NCBI RefSeq assembly: GCF_006345805.1
Contig: NC_043013.1
Span: 58,404,001-58,468,000, forward strand
Length of the DNA: 64,000 bases
DNA from: Octopus sinensis
Lineage: Eukaryota
Direction: 5' to 3'
Shown here: positions 11,986-24,606 of the stretch, in pieces
Numbering within the stretch: position 1 is the stretch's first letter
Layout: each line of letters opens with the position of its first letter
Program-made: the position numbers and the translations under genes
Notes under the pieces: generated by a model
Databases searched by the model: none
What the model was told of the DNA's origin: nothing
What the model saw: the letters and a program-made list of their open reading frames with translations, nothing else

Positions 11986-12380
11986 TACCAGCAGTATCAC
12001 CCGGTGTTGCTTGGGTTTGTTTCGACCCTTTAGAATTGCAATTTTTGAAAAGTAAAAATTTTGCATTATGCAACTTGTTATTATTTTCAAGTGAACATTT
12101 TTCCAGTTGAAATAGACCGAAAAATGGTGACACAGCAGTCAAAAATTGTAAAAAATAGGGGTTTTCATAGAAAAAAAAGCACTTTTTTTATGTAAATAAT
12201 TTTAGGTGTTAACATGGTCCGATTTGAATTTTATCTGCTACAGAATAAAGAGCAAGCCTTCTTATATCATACTCTCAATTTTGGTCAACTTGTGCTGCAG
12301 GGTCACGAAGGAGATAGTGTTAGTAGAAGTCTACCAAACCTGCCACACACAGACAACTTCAACTTTATATATATAGAGAT
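11986..12380 (+). mobile_element. Non-autonomous Helentron/Helitron-type (HINE-like) element
   Basis: 5' TACCAGCAGTATCACCCGGTGTTGCTTGGGT and 3' ACAGACAACTTCAACTTTATATATATAGAGAT, same end architecture as 4625-5640; inserted in a TA tract. Confidence 0.6.
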
Positions 12381-12669
12381 TTGCTACACACTACTTTCCA
12401 TCCTTAATAATGAAACTTGGTAGATCCAAAAGTTAAACACACCGACACACACACAGATACACACACAGACACACAAGTTTAGTTATATATATATAGATTT
12501 CTCAACGGGGATTTCAGGGAGTCGCTGGCGATGTATCGTGATGATCAAAAATCCGGCCTGTTAAAATTTGGTCAAAATAATTCAACGCAAAATGGTCACA
12601 TTTAATTCAAAGCGTTAAAAATGTTATGAAAACAATTGGTATGTGTTCACAAAGTCCAAACGATTAATA

Positions 12670-12974
12670 CGAAAAATCCCTCCAGGCTACATCCCGAAAA
12701 TTCATTTCTTTGCCGAATTTCTACAATGTTTACGGCGATTCGTTTTTATTTCTTGATTTTTTATTTTTCATGCAATTTACGCATGCTTGCAAGCTTGGTG
12801 AACACAGTTCACGTCAAACAGCTGACTGAGTAAAGTTCACTATTCAATGCATGGGATAAGGCCTCAACAAACACATTATCGATTTTTGCACTTGCAAAAA
12901 ACCAATCGCCGTAAACATTGTAGAAATTCGGCAAAGAAATGAATTTTCGGGATGTAGCCTGGAGGGTTTTTTCG
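12670..12974. mobile_element. MITE with ~71-bp TIRs and TA flanks (Tc1/mariner-type)
   Basis: 12670-12740 (CGAAAAATCCCTCCAGGCTACATCCCG...GGCGATT) is the near-perfect reverse complement of 12904-12974; TA immediately outside both ends. Confidence 0.85.
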
Positions 12975-13036
12975 TATATATATATATAAATATATAGATA
13001 GATATACAGATATATAGGTATACATACATAGACAGG

Positions 13037-13073
<37 letters not shown>

Positions 13074-14929
13074 GTATATGTATGTTTATACACGTACAAA
13101 CATATACTCGTATATACGCTAACATTTCGCTTATCCGCGAAGTATTTAAGAGCCAGCGAGAAGTACGTTTTATTTACGACCATCTTCATATTTATTATTG
13201 ACACCAAATAAAGAACTTAATGTCTTTATATTCTACTTATATTTTATTTTCGTTTCCCTGAAATATTTGCAAAGGTAACATCACTGAAAATGCTTTGTTT
13301 GCGATTTATTTCCCAAACGCCTCAATCAGAGGAAATGGCAGCGAGCAGGATCCCTTTTTCAGTCTCCAAGTTTTGCGAGGATCAAAGGATAAGATTATCC
13401 TTATTCCGCATAAATTTGCAACAGAGTTGGCACCCCTAAAACCACTCATGCCCCATGTGTGTGTTTTCAAGATCTTACAGAGTTAAATCTACCGCTGCCG
13501 ATGATGATGATGGTGGTAACGTTAGTTACTACAATGATGATAATAATGATGATGGTCGTGGAAATGTTGTTGAAAGTGTTAAAAAGTGTAAATGGAGAAC
13601 AGCAGCAGGTAGTAGGTTACTTTTTTAAATGATATACGTTTGGTCATCGAGCAGCTAAATCAGAGTTGAGTAGAAAAGAAAAAAAAAGCTATCAAACTTT
13701 CTCATACCTTTAACAAATCGACTGTCCAAGCTAAGAACAGAAAGCCGGAAATTTCAATTTGAAATATTTCCGGAAAGGAACTCATAGAAATAGTAGCGTA
13801 TTTATATTTACAACATTAATGATTTATTTAATTAATATATTTATTTATACATTCAATCTAATCATTCCCATTGTTTATAACAGAAATATTTCAAAACTAA
13901 TGTAGACGCTGTATTCTGAAAGTGTATTATGAAAATTTCGAAAATAAAAATTATTTTCAGGGCAGCTATTGGCAAAGATTCTATAAATGTCGATCAATGT
14001 GTTCGCCAGTAGTAAACTTGAGAACAAAAACGTTTGGCCATATCAATATTGAGATGAAATGGTTATGGCCATTGAAAGAGAGACGATGTTTATATTGTTA
14101 ATGTGCCATTAACATATGCCATAAGTAAAGAAAGAGATATTAGATTTCCGAGACGGTGTCAAGACATACGGATGACCTCGGTTGGACCGTCACAAACACA
14201 TACACAGTTAATGAATCACATTTTTCCCTGTTAATTCATCAGAACTAAGTAAAATGCCGTTTATTTATGTCATATTGTTAAAAAGGAAACTAGATCAGTG
14301 ATGTTGTATAAAGTGCAACAAGAGGTGACTGAACGAACAATCTTCTTACATTGTCTTCGTTGTCTTCATTCTTATTTTTCGTGTATTTACGGCTTTTGTT
14401 CGTCATTCTTCATTGATTACATCAATTTCATTCACGTCTTTTCTTTGTCTTTCATGTTTTTCATCTTCAATACTCTTTTTTTCCATCTTTTTTCACACTT
14501 TCTTGTTCACCCTCTTTTACATTTCTTTTTTTTTTTGACATTTCTCTCCTTCCCTCCACCTTTCCATTCTTAATATTCTTATTATTTTCATTGGTTGGTC
14601 GGAGATGGCAGATTGTTTGATTATTAGGCAGGAGCTGTTCCCATCGTTTCTGTTCCTAATTCAAATCCCAAAGACGGCAACGTTGTCTTTCATCATTTTA
14701 GGATCAATAAAAAATGTATCAGTTACCCATTGAGGGCAATGTGAGCCAATAACAACACAAAGTGGCTAGTCTTGTGCTGAAATTTTCAAATGAATTTTAT
14801 TATTTTGGTTTGTCTCAGCTTCAGTCTTTTTCTTGGTAGGGATTATGTGGGTCGCGCGTTACTACCTGTAGCAATAGATATCTACAAGTTTTCAGCAGTC
14901 TTCTTTATAATCCTTGCTGTTAATCATCG

Positions 14930-15392
14930 AGTGAAAGAGCAGTGCATGCCATCAAAGTTACACTGGGGTACTAATATACACATCCCAATATACACTTCAT
15001 GACTACTCGTCTGATAAGTGTACACCAGGCACACACCTCACAACCATATGTGCGCGACATGGTGATCTCATCTCAAGGTAAACAATTCATGACCTTACAA
15101 GTGGGGCCCTGTCAAAATTTGCTTCAGATCGAGTAGCCCGTCCCACTCAAAAGGTCCCAAAATAAGGATTGCTGAAGGATGATGAACGAAACATCCATGT
15201 TTCCAGAGGTGAATTATTCAAACCCCAAATAATTCCTCTTAACACATACTTATGATGCTCCCCAACTAATTCTACTCGTCATAAGAGATACACATATCGC
15301 CAGCCACTAAGGGATATAGTCAACTGTTGAAGGTCAAACAATTTGTGGTATTGAGCAGAATATTTGCTGTAGCCCATCTTTTTATACCAAGA
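14930..15392 (-). repeat. Family X interspersed repeat, near full length
   Basis: Homologous to 2735-3090 and 29899-30260; minus strand begins TTTTGTCTTGGTATAAAAAGATGGGCTACAGC. Confidence 0.85.
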
Positions 15393-15394
15393 CA

Positions 15395-15575
15395 AAAATG
15401 CTTAGCGGTATTTCGCCCGTCGCTACGTACTGAGCTCAAATTCCGCTGAAGTCGACTTTGCCTTTCATCCTTTTTGGGTCGATAGATTAAGTACCAGTGA
15501 AACACAGGGGTTGATATAATTGACTAATCCCCTCCCCACAAATTTCAGGCCTTGTGCCTTTAGTAGAAAGGATTA
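15395..15575 (+). mobile_element. Family A SINE, 5'-truncated (tail type 2)
   Basis: ATGCTTAGCGGTATTTCG...GTCGACTTTGCCTTTCATCC...CCCTCCCCACAAATTTCAGGCCTTGTGCC. Confidence 0.85.
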
Positions 15576-16659
15576 TAATAATTTTTCAAAATTTGCTAGT
15601 TTCAGACAAATTTGTACTACATTATCTGGAACTCCTTCCTGTTGCTGGAGTGCGTGCAACAGAGCGTATTCGTTTTTGTTGTTAGTGGTTTTGGTTTGTC
15701 ATGGCGACTAAAACAAACAACTCTGTTCATGAAAGAAAAGAGAACGGTTATCTTAAAATTTGAACTCATAGCACAGTGATCAACAGCGCAGTAAACTTAA
15801 ATTCTGCTTCTTCTTCGTTCTAGGGTTATTTAATTTCGTGTATTGTTTCCAACAAATTTTTTTTTTCACTGAAATCAAACACAGTTAAATATGGATGTAA
15901 CTAGAGAGAGTAATGTCATTAAATATGACATTCCAAACATTTCCAAATTAAGAACAAATTGGAATAAAAATGTCACCAAAATAAATTTTGACATTTCGAA
16001 ACCTAAATTTCGAGGTGAATCATTTTATATATCTTTAGTTATATGAATCTTTTCCCGAGAAATTGGTATATAATTTTAAAATATATGTATTTTCATTTTA
16101 TTTTATTTATTATTCTTTATTTCATTTATTCTATAGTCTTTAACCCTGAATAGAAGACGTTTTAGAAAATATAAGATTCTGAAAAAATATTAAGCAAATG
16201 ATTTGATGGTATCATTAATTGCAAAACAATAGTTTTTTTTTCTTCAATAGGATGCCGTAAAGGAAAGATGCCGATATGTAGTTGTATACAATTTATACAG
16301 AAAATATCCCTGAAAGTCGGACTACAAAGTGTGGGAACTATGATTACCACAGAATGAGACAAATAGAAACACTAAAGATATTAGCCTGGATTGGCCATCC
16401 TGTGCGTTATTCTTGTAGAGAAATAGAAGAGTCTGTAAAATATATAGTCATATAACTGTATAGAAAGCCCTCAACCATCATATGTAATTGAAACTATATA
16501 TGATGTATATACTTGGAATGATTTCTGCCATATGTACGAAACTTAACGTTTTGGGGAGATTACAGATTACAAGCTACCTAATATGGAATTGAAAATAATT
16601 TTATCCACTCTTGGGAGGATGACTTGTGTTCGATCGCACGGCGGGATTTGCACGAAGAA

Positions 16660-16827
16660 CCTTGCAGAGTATGTTGTCACTCGGTCACTTGTGGTCGCTG
16701 GAAAAGGTGGTAGTAGTACCAATAATTGTCGGAGCCCTGGGAACAGTGAGTAAAAATCTTAAGAATTACATTGAACAAATAGGGGCTGCAATAAGGTTGG
16801 AACCAAGCGTGTCACCTTAGTTCACTG
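16660..16827 (+). mobile_element. R4/Dong-clade LINE C-terminal fragment
   Basis: LWSLEKVVVVPIIVGALGTVSKNLKNYIEQIG (endonuclease C-terminus), then GTGTCACCTTAGTTCACTG matching the 3' UTR of the 3111-4025 element. Confidence 0.75.
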
Positions 16828-17294
16828 TACGAGAGCATGCAGAACGGTTTCATAGCTCTGTGTGTAGCTCGGACAAGCCCGACTGACTGCACACCCGAGC
16901 TTGTAGAGCTTATATCGAACCGGCAGCCCCATATAGCACTACCAGGCTAGGGGGTTCTGGAAGTTATCCATGGTTTTCTTGACTCTTCACTTCTTCTTCA
17001 TCTTCCTGCTGTCTAATGCCAATCATGGTGGGGTGGAATGGGAAGTCTTCGGGCAAATTGCCGTACCACCTTCTTTCTTCTTTCTCGCATTTCGTCGCCA
17101 TCTTCAAGAAATTTGAAAAAAAATGTTTGTATCTCCCCACAAATTAGGGCTTTTGTTAACAAATACCAGCCCCACCCAGGGGAGCAGCTGGCTTGCAAAA
17201 CGATTTAACCAATAAAATACAGTATAGAACCTTTTAAAACGAGTGAATTAACATAAACTTACAGCGCTCCAAAAACGAACCTCCTGCTGTGGCG

Positions 17295-17300
<6 letters not shown>
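16823..17300 (-). mobile_element. Internally deleted Tx1/L1-clade LINE (5' UTR + ORF1 start fused to ORF2 zf-RVT piece)
   Basis: 16823-16971 is homologous to 6360-6512. 17300->16975 minus reads AAG-ATG-GCG...MATKCEKEERRWYGNLPEDFPFHPTMIGIRQQEDEEEVKSQEN, interpreted as an ORF1 start (inference). Confidence 0.6.
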
Positions 17301-17325
<25 letters not shown>

Positions 17326-17347
17326 TAATAATAATAATAATAATAAT

Positions 17348-17521
17348 AATCCTTTCTACTAAAGGCACAAGGCCTGAAATTTTGTAGGAGGGGCTAGTCG
17401 ATTATAACAACCCCAGTGCGTAACTGGTACTCATTTCATCGACCCCGAAATGATGAAAAGGGAAATTAGACCTCGGTGGAATTTGAACTCAGAACGTAAA
17501 GACCGACGAAATGCCTCTAAG
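17348..17521 (-). mobile_element. Family A SINE (tail type 2)
   Basis: Reverse complement of family A core and tail, ending in (ATT)n. Confidence 0.85.
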
Positions 17522-18384
17522 AAGATAATAATATCATTAAATGGTGAAATACAATTTCCTTTTAGTTATTTTTACAATACTAATTTATATTATTCAAAAC
17601 TTATAACTCAACAAAAAATATTATTGTCATTGGCCCCAGGCAAGGCTTATTGGTTGACAAAAGAATTCATAAATGTTTCATTGTTACCTATTAGACCAGT
17701 TTTCCAACTGATTTGTATTTCCAACATTACTACATCGACATTTTAGTTGACGGGTAAGTTAGTCGATGAAAATCGAATCCAATATTTGAGTGCTACTTTA
17801 ATTAATCGATATGTGAATAATGCTTTTCGAAGATGATGTGGACCGGATTTGAACTTGAAACGTAACTAACTGTGACTAAATATCACAATTCACACACTTT
17901 AAGGATTCTACCAAATCCTTTACGGAAGCTTTTGTAATGTTGCTCTCTAAATGCAATCTTGTTACTTTATTTCTGTGCAGGATATCACAGCAACCGCGCA
18001 ACACAACATCTCCGAACATAATCTCATCTCATCAGCTAAACTTTGAGATTCGTCGCCAATTAGAGCGATTGGCTTTACGTCGTCAGCAATAGCGAATGAT
18101 TTATGTCATTCATACAAATGCACACACACACATTGATACACACATACACATTGGCAACACACATTTACACACACTCACATAACATCTTTCACAAACATAC
18201 GTACACACAACGCATTCACACACACAGGAATGCATAACGAACAGTCACAGACAAACACGCTAAACGTACATCCCCCCACACACACATACACACTCGCAAC
18301 GCACAGTCACACACATAACACAACACGCACACACACTGCAGTTTCACACACACACACAATGTACATTCTCACACACAACGCACG

Positions 18385-18430
<46 letters not shown>

Positions 18431-18799
18431 CACACTATTCATTCTATGCTTTTGAAAATTCCTTTCAAACGACAATGGCACGCAATCCATCAAAGGTTTT
18501 CTCCACGATATATCATCGAAACTTCCCGGTGTTCAATTCGGAAGTGGTTAGCGGATTGCTACCGACTATCAGCGGGTATTTTGATAAGAAACCATTTATA
18601 AGAGGTATTTGTATTGAAGTATTTCATTAGCAGCTTCAAAACACACACACACACACACACACATACACAAATGTTTATGTGTATGTGTGTGTGTGTGCGT
18701 GTACATATATAACCTCGATAAATAAGATATGTTTCGCCCAAAGATTGGCCCAGTTTATGTCTAACTTGATAAAACATGTGATAGGATCTATTAAGTCAT

Positions 18800-19615
18800 T
18801 TTAAAGTCAGGTTTGGCGGTATCATTCAAGCTGAGAGTTGTTGTTGACTGAAATATATCCCGGTATAGGTGGCCTATCTGGTATCGCTAGAAGGAATTTG
18901 CCCAGGTTTCGTTTGAAAGTGATGGGGTCTTTTTTGCTTTGCTTTGTTTTAGGGTAATATTCATTAGAGCAGGGTCTATTGCGGAAGAGAAATTGTGTTG
19001 CAATGAATTTATGTGTTGCGAGCGTGAATTGTGCAGGGCACGTATGGCATGTGGCCCGAGTCTTAGATAAGTTCTAAATCTAATGTTAAGGTCACTTGGG
19101 CAATGCTGGTGGCATATTCTCCACATTGTGAAAGTGATGTTGCGCTCACGTTGGCGTCGAAGACGTTTTTAGATTTTAATAATCGATAATCTCAATAATG
19201 AAGATCAGTCATGCTCTTTCTGTTTTAGTCAATACTCTCTTGTGTTACTTAATTCTTGTAATGCTTTATTTGGTGTGGGGCAGTAGTATTATAGGTGGAG
19301 CCGTGCAGAGAAGAACAAGATAGGAATGAAAACATTTTTCTCTCTGGAAAGGTAAGTTCTGAAGATCCCGGAACTATATCGAACTATATCGATTTTATTG
19401 TTGATGTGAGCACTTCAGCTGAGATTGTTGACGACAATCACTCCTCCTAAATACCTAATATTAATGGATTCTGTAAGTTATTCCTCAGAAGGAGAGAATA
19501 TGGTTATCTGCGAGCAGTCTTTCTTCCATAGTACATGAGTTCAAATTTTCCTCATTCAACTGCATTTTGTTTCTGTCCAGACATTGCAATTCAGTTCGGT
19601 CTTCTCCGTTGTTAA
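18800..19615 (-). mobile_element. Decayed CR1/L2-group LINE, RT C-terminus and 3' end
   Basis: Minus translation with frameshifts: NKMQLNEE.FELMYYG..IRYLG..LS*SAHINNKI..IFRTYLSRE..LRRQRER..LGKFLLAIPDRPPIPGYISVNNNSQLE. Confidence 0.75.
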
Positions 19616-20842
19616 TTTTTGAGGCGCGCGCGCGCACACACACACACAATTATGTAATGTATTAACATATTTGTCTATAAATACATAACAACCAATAAAG
19701 TTATACACAAAGACATACAATGCCGACAAAGGAGCTGGTTTATCAACAACGAATTTAGTTCATACATAAATGGAATTTAGTCACTTGGTGTGTTCTTCAT
19801 AGTTGCACCAAGAAAAAGAAGTTTCCAAGCAAAACCTTTAGCACCAATTTCCTATAAAAGGAATGTTAGTTTATAATAAACTAACAGCAATTCTTAGTTA
19901 CAGACAACATCTCTTCTGCCAACAGCTATCGCATTTATCCAGTCGAATATCTGCTTTACAGTCTAGTCTCTCTAGATATCCGCTGTACTGCCTATGTCTA
20001 TCTAGGCACGTATAGACTGTTTAGAAGCACAACTTTTAACTTTTAACCATAAATTTGTTAGTCTTTCTGTCATATGTCCGCCTAAACGATAGCAACAACT
20101 AAAACAATATTTGGTTATTTCTCTCCCTAATCGACCAAGTGTATCTCATCAACGCATTATTCATAGGATATGTTTGTGTTTGTATAAGCGTGAGGGCGCA
20201 TGTATGTGTGAGTGAGAGCGTGTGTGTGGGGTTAGGTGTGTGTGCGCGTGTGTGTGTGTTGCAGGAAAACATAACTCCCCTGCCATTGATCTTCTTTGTT
20301 TAAGAGTGATTTAACTGATTTATATTGATTATACTCCAGCAAGATGTGATCAGTGGACTGTAGCTGGGATTAGATTTATTGCTCTTACTTTCACTTTGGA
20401 GATGCTGTTGTTGCAGTAATTATTATTGTTGTTGTTTTTATACTTCTTCGGTGTTTTCGTTTTGTTGATTTGGCAGGCGGCGTTGTTTGATTATAATTAA
20501 ATGATTAAATGGTTATAAATTAAGAAACTGATTGTCTGTTCAACATATTGATTTAAGGCATGAATTAAGAAAGAAACCAAATATATTACAATGATAATTA
20601 GATTTTCAGATTAGTTCGTTAAGATAATCGTTCGTGTTGGTTTTAATCGAGTTTAATCTAATATCAGATGTTTATTTAAATATAGCGTGGCAGGTTATTA
20701 GGAACAGCAGCAAGCAGGTGGAATATTTATTCTTAGTACATGTAGTAACAGAATCCATTCATTGACCAACAAATTACTCCTTACGTTCCATAGTAATATT
20801 GCAATATATACACGGTGTATATCCATTTCCATTCACTAATAT

Positions 20843-20904
<62 letters not shown>

Positions 20905-21068
20905 ATATATATGTATATATATTTCTCTCTGTTTCTCTCTCTGTATACATATATATTTACTTAATATTTACTTAGTTTTAATTGAAACAGCTGTAAGTGA
21001 AGATGATTAATTTGGTGTTAATAATAGACAATTATTAGCTTTCCAATCTCCATTTTGTTTTTCTTCTC

Positions 21069-21126
<58 letters not shown>

Positions 21127-21164
21127 CATTCTGTCCGTTTGAGCGTTTGTTTGTCTCATAAAAT

Positions 21165-21455
21165 AAAAGTAAATGGTTCAAGGGAGACAATACTAATTGT
21201 GCACAAACTCATGAGGAGCTGCATTGAAACAAATATTCTCACTGGCTCTGGTAAACGTGGCACCGTCTTCGTTCCTCATATACCATTTATACCATGTCCC
21301 ATTCAAATTTAAGCCGTTATAGTTTCCTATCTCACTTTCTTTTGCCACAAGATTCATGGACAAAAGCTAAAAGTTGCTGTATTGCAATTTAAAGAACACA
21401 CAGAAGTTCCTGAACTCGATAAAGTCAAAATATAATATGTTGAAAATATATTAAT
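21165..21455 (+). mobile_element. Helitron RepHel PIF1-like helicase C-terminal fragment (pseudogene)
   Basis: NGSRETILIVHKLMRSCIETNILTGSGKRGTVFVPHIPFIP..F KPL*FPISLSFA..HGQKLKVA matches the Helitron helicase pattern NGTRL.V..L..IEA.ILTG..G.V.IPRIP..FKR.QFP..L.FA.TI.K.QGQ.L. Confidence 0.75.
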
Positions 21456-23554
21456 GTATTCATCAGATATGGTTCTTTTTAAGGGTATCTCCAACATCGA
21501 TGAGACACTATAGAACTTGGTGTTGCGTTACCATCTTATGATTTATTTGTCCCAACTATTCAACTATTAAAAGATGCCACTGAAGAATAACGAGTAAAAA
21601 TTTGGCGCTACGAATGGAAAACAAAGTTTACAAGTAACAGCATGAACAAAACTGATTGAGTGAACAGATTTTATAGGGAAAATATTTGTTTCAGGATTAT
21701 GTATTTTTGAATTGTGTTTTTGTGGCAAGAAACGTTATTTGTGTCTGTGAAGGTGTGCTGAGAATTAAGTAATCTTTCATGGAATTGTCTTTTAAAAAGA
21801 TACAAAAAATATGATATATTTAGTTTAGGTTCTTTTCATTATAGAACTCTTTCTAGCACTTTTGTGAGCTGGTGCCTGATATAGTTCACAACTCTATTCT
21901 ATATAGAATATAACAGAATTGTGAAAATTTCCTGACTGGAGAATTGCGATAAAATATTTTATACACCATAACAGAAATAAATGAAAAGTGATGACAACAT
22001 TCTTCATAGAAGCGTAAGTTGTTAGACTTATTCTTCCATGATGTAATTATTTCTAGTTTTATATATGAGAGAAGTCATAAATAACGGAGAAGTCGTATGT
22101 AAGGGTAGAAGCCATACGAGAATAAAATTACGAAATCCGACTTTGCTTATCATCTATTTCCCTTTATAACAAAATCGAACCCACTTAAAATCCTTTCTCA
22201 TTATGGACACTTGATTTTATTTATCTGAAATTGAATATTAAATTTCAATATTTTATATAATTATATGTTGTGTGATATTTCAAAATATATATTTTTTATA
22301 TATTGATAGAATTTAATGTTCAAATTACTATGTGTGGCCGACACACTAATATTTCCGTTTTGATATTTATTGATGGCATTTAAATTATGAGATTTAATGA
22401 TCCAACACGAGAAAAAAGTCCTTTTTTGTCGATAAACGAATACATAAATTCAAAAGTGTCTTTTAATAGTATTTGAAAGTTTTCCTATATTGCATACGAC
22501 CGTTAACTACGCTGCTGTCTTGGCAGAATTGCTGCGTTATTAAGCTACGGTAATTAGCGTTCTGATTACAAATACCGCCGAGATCAACGAAGATATTTTT
22601 ACAGTCTGCGGCCTATAAGTTATGAAAACAATTAAATTATAAGGTGTATGTCATCGAAAATTACTGCCTCTAAATTCTGCGACACTGTGCCAATACTGAA
22701 ATCGACATTTATACATGTGCATGTTCGCTAATCATCTTAATAATACTAAAACTCTAGAAGATGCTTATTTGTACCCGAAATATCTCAGAAATAGTATATT
22801 TTATCTTAATTTCTTTTACATATTTACTTTGATATTTACTTAATGCAGTACAAATGTTCGTGATATTTGGACCTCTATTATAGAAAATGATAAAACACAA
22901 TTTGTTATTTCTTGACGAAAAAAAACATGGCTTCCGTGACGTTAACTTACGTACACACATTCAAAATGCACATATAATGAATGTCATGGCAGAGGCAAAA
23001 CAAACACACGTATGCTATCTGTGACATATACACACACATAATCTACAAGCTCTCACTCTATTATTACCAAGAAAAAAACTTTTACCTCTTGACATATACA
23101 ATATTTTATTCATTTAGAAATATTTGTAAGTGAATGTGATTTCAAAAATGTTGTTTGTACGGTAAGCATTTATATTTTAGCTTTCTTTAAACAGACAATA
23201 TTTCAATGATTTTTTAAAATTATTTTCAATGGAATACCATTAGAAAATATTTTTCGAGTTCATTTAACGTACCTGAGCTCTACAGATTTTGCTGCCTTTT
23301 GCAGTAAAGGACTCGAAATACCTGTTAAGTGATAGCAAGAAATAGCAGTCAAATCGTTTTTTACCGCGGAAAGGAGCCGCTTACGCGTGATTTCCATGTC
23401 ACATTCGTTGAAAGAAGCGAAATAACCGGGAAAAGGAAAACAAACACACACACGAAACAAAACTCTGTTGCTGGGAAACTCAAACTTTCCAGGTACCCCA
23501 ACGGGTCACGGGTAGTCTATTATCATATATTGATGTGTGTGAGGGTATATATAA

Positions 23555-23690
23555 ATATATTGTTCAAAACAATTTGAATCGGATTCCGTGCTACTGCAAG
23601 TTTCTAAGCGACTAACGGACAGGATCCATTAGGGGTTTCAAAACTTCAAGTAGCACGGAATCCGAATCAGACTTATTTCAACAATACATA
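23555..23690. mobile_element. Small hairpin/MITE-like element with ~50-bp imperfect inverted arms
   Basis: Perfect 17-bp core TCGGATTCCGTGCTACT (23579-23595) / AGTAGCACGGAATCCGA (23649-23665), gapless imperfect extension on both sides. Confidence 0.65.
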
Positions 23691-23747
23691 TACCGCCCAA
23701 TAAACATGCTGAGCGCTCTTTATTTCTTTTGTCCACTGACTCACTCA

Positions 23748-23749
23748 TA

Positions 23750-23825
<76 letters not shown>

Positions 23826-23842
23826 GTCCGTCCGTCCGTCCG

Positions 23843-23887
<45 letters not shown>

Positions 23888-23888
23888 A

Positions 23889-23922
<34 letters not shown>

Positions 23923-23926
23923 ACTG

Positions 23927-23993
<67 letters not shown>

Positions 23994-24018
23994 GTCCGTC
24001 CGTCCGTCTATCTATCTG

Positions 24019-24075
<57 letters not shown>

Positions 24076-24088
24076 CTATCTATCTCTA
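23748..24088. repeat. Long (CTAT)n/(CCGT)n compound tetranucleotide array
   Basis: Direct reading; explains ORFs 23706..24263 and 23729..23923. Confidence 0.97.
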
Positions 24089-24313
24089 TACATATATACA
24101 CACACACATATATATATATAGTAGCTTAAAAGCCGTTCTGTTCGTTCAGCCCCTCTTTCTCACACATACCCACTATTTCTTTCTCTCGCTCTCTCTTATT
24201 ATTACTCCCACTGTCACCATCAACACTACTACTTTTAACAAAAACATCATGAACTCTCCCTAAATTTCTTTTTCTTATTCTCTTCTTGTCTTTTTCTTTC
24301 TCTTTCTTTCTCT

Positions 24314-24365
<52 letters not shown>

Positions 24366-24566
24366 TCGCCACCGCCCTTACCGACTTTATGTCTACTCGC
24401 ACCCTATCATGAGCAATAGCAGAAGTGTCAATGAAGAGTGAGACAGAGGTCGAAGTGTGACACACTGACATACAGAAATTAGCTTTCGCATTTATCATAT
24501 ATTACCATAAGAGATCATATTAAATTATGTATCTATCTATCTATATATATATATACACACACATAC

Positions 24567-24606
<40 letters not shown>

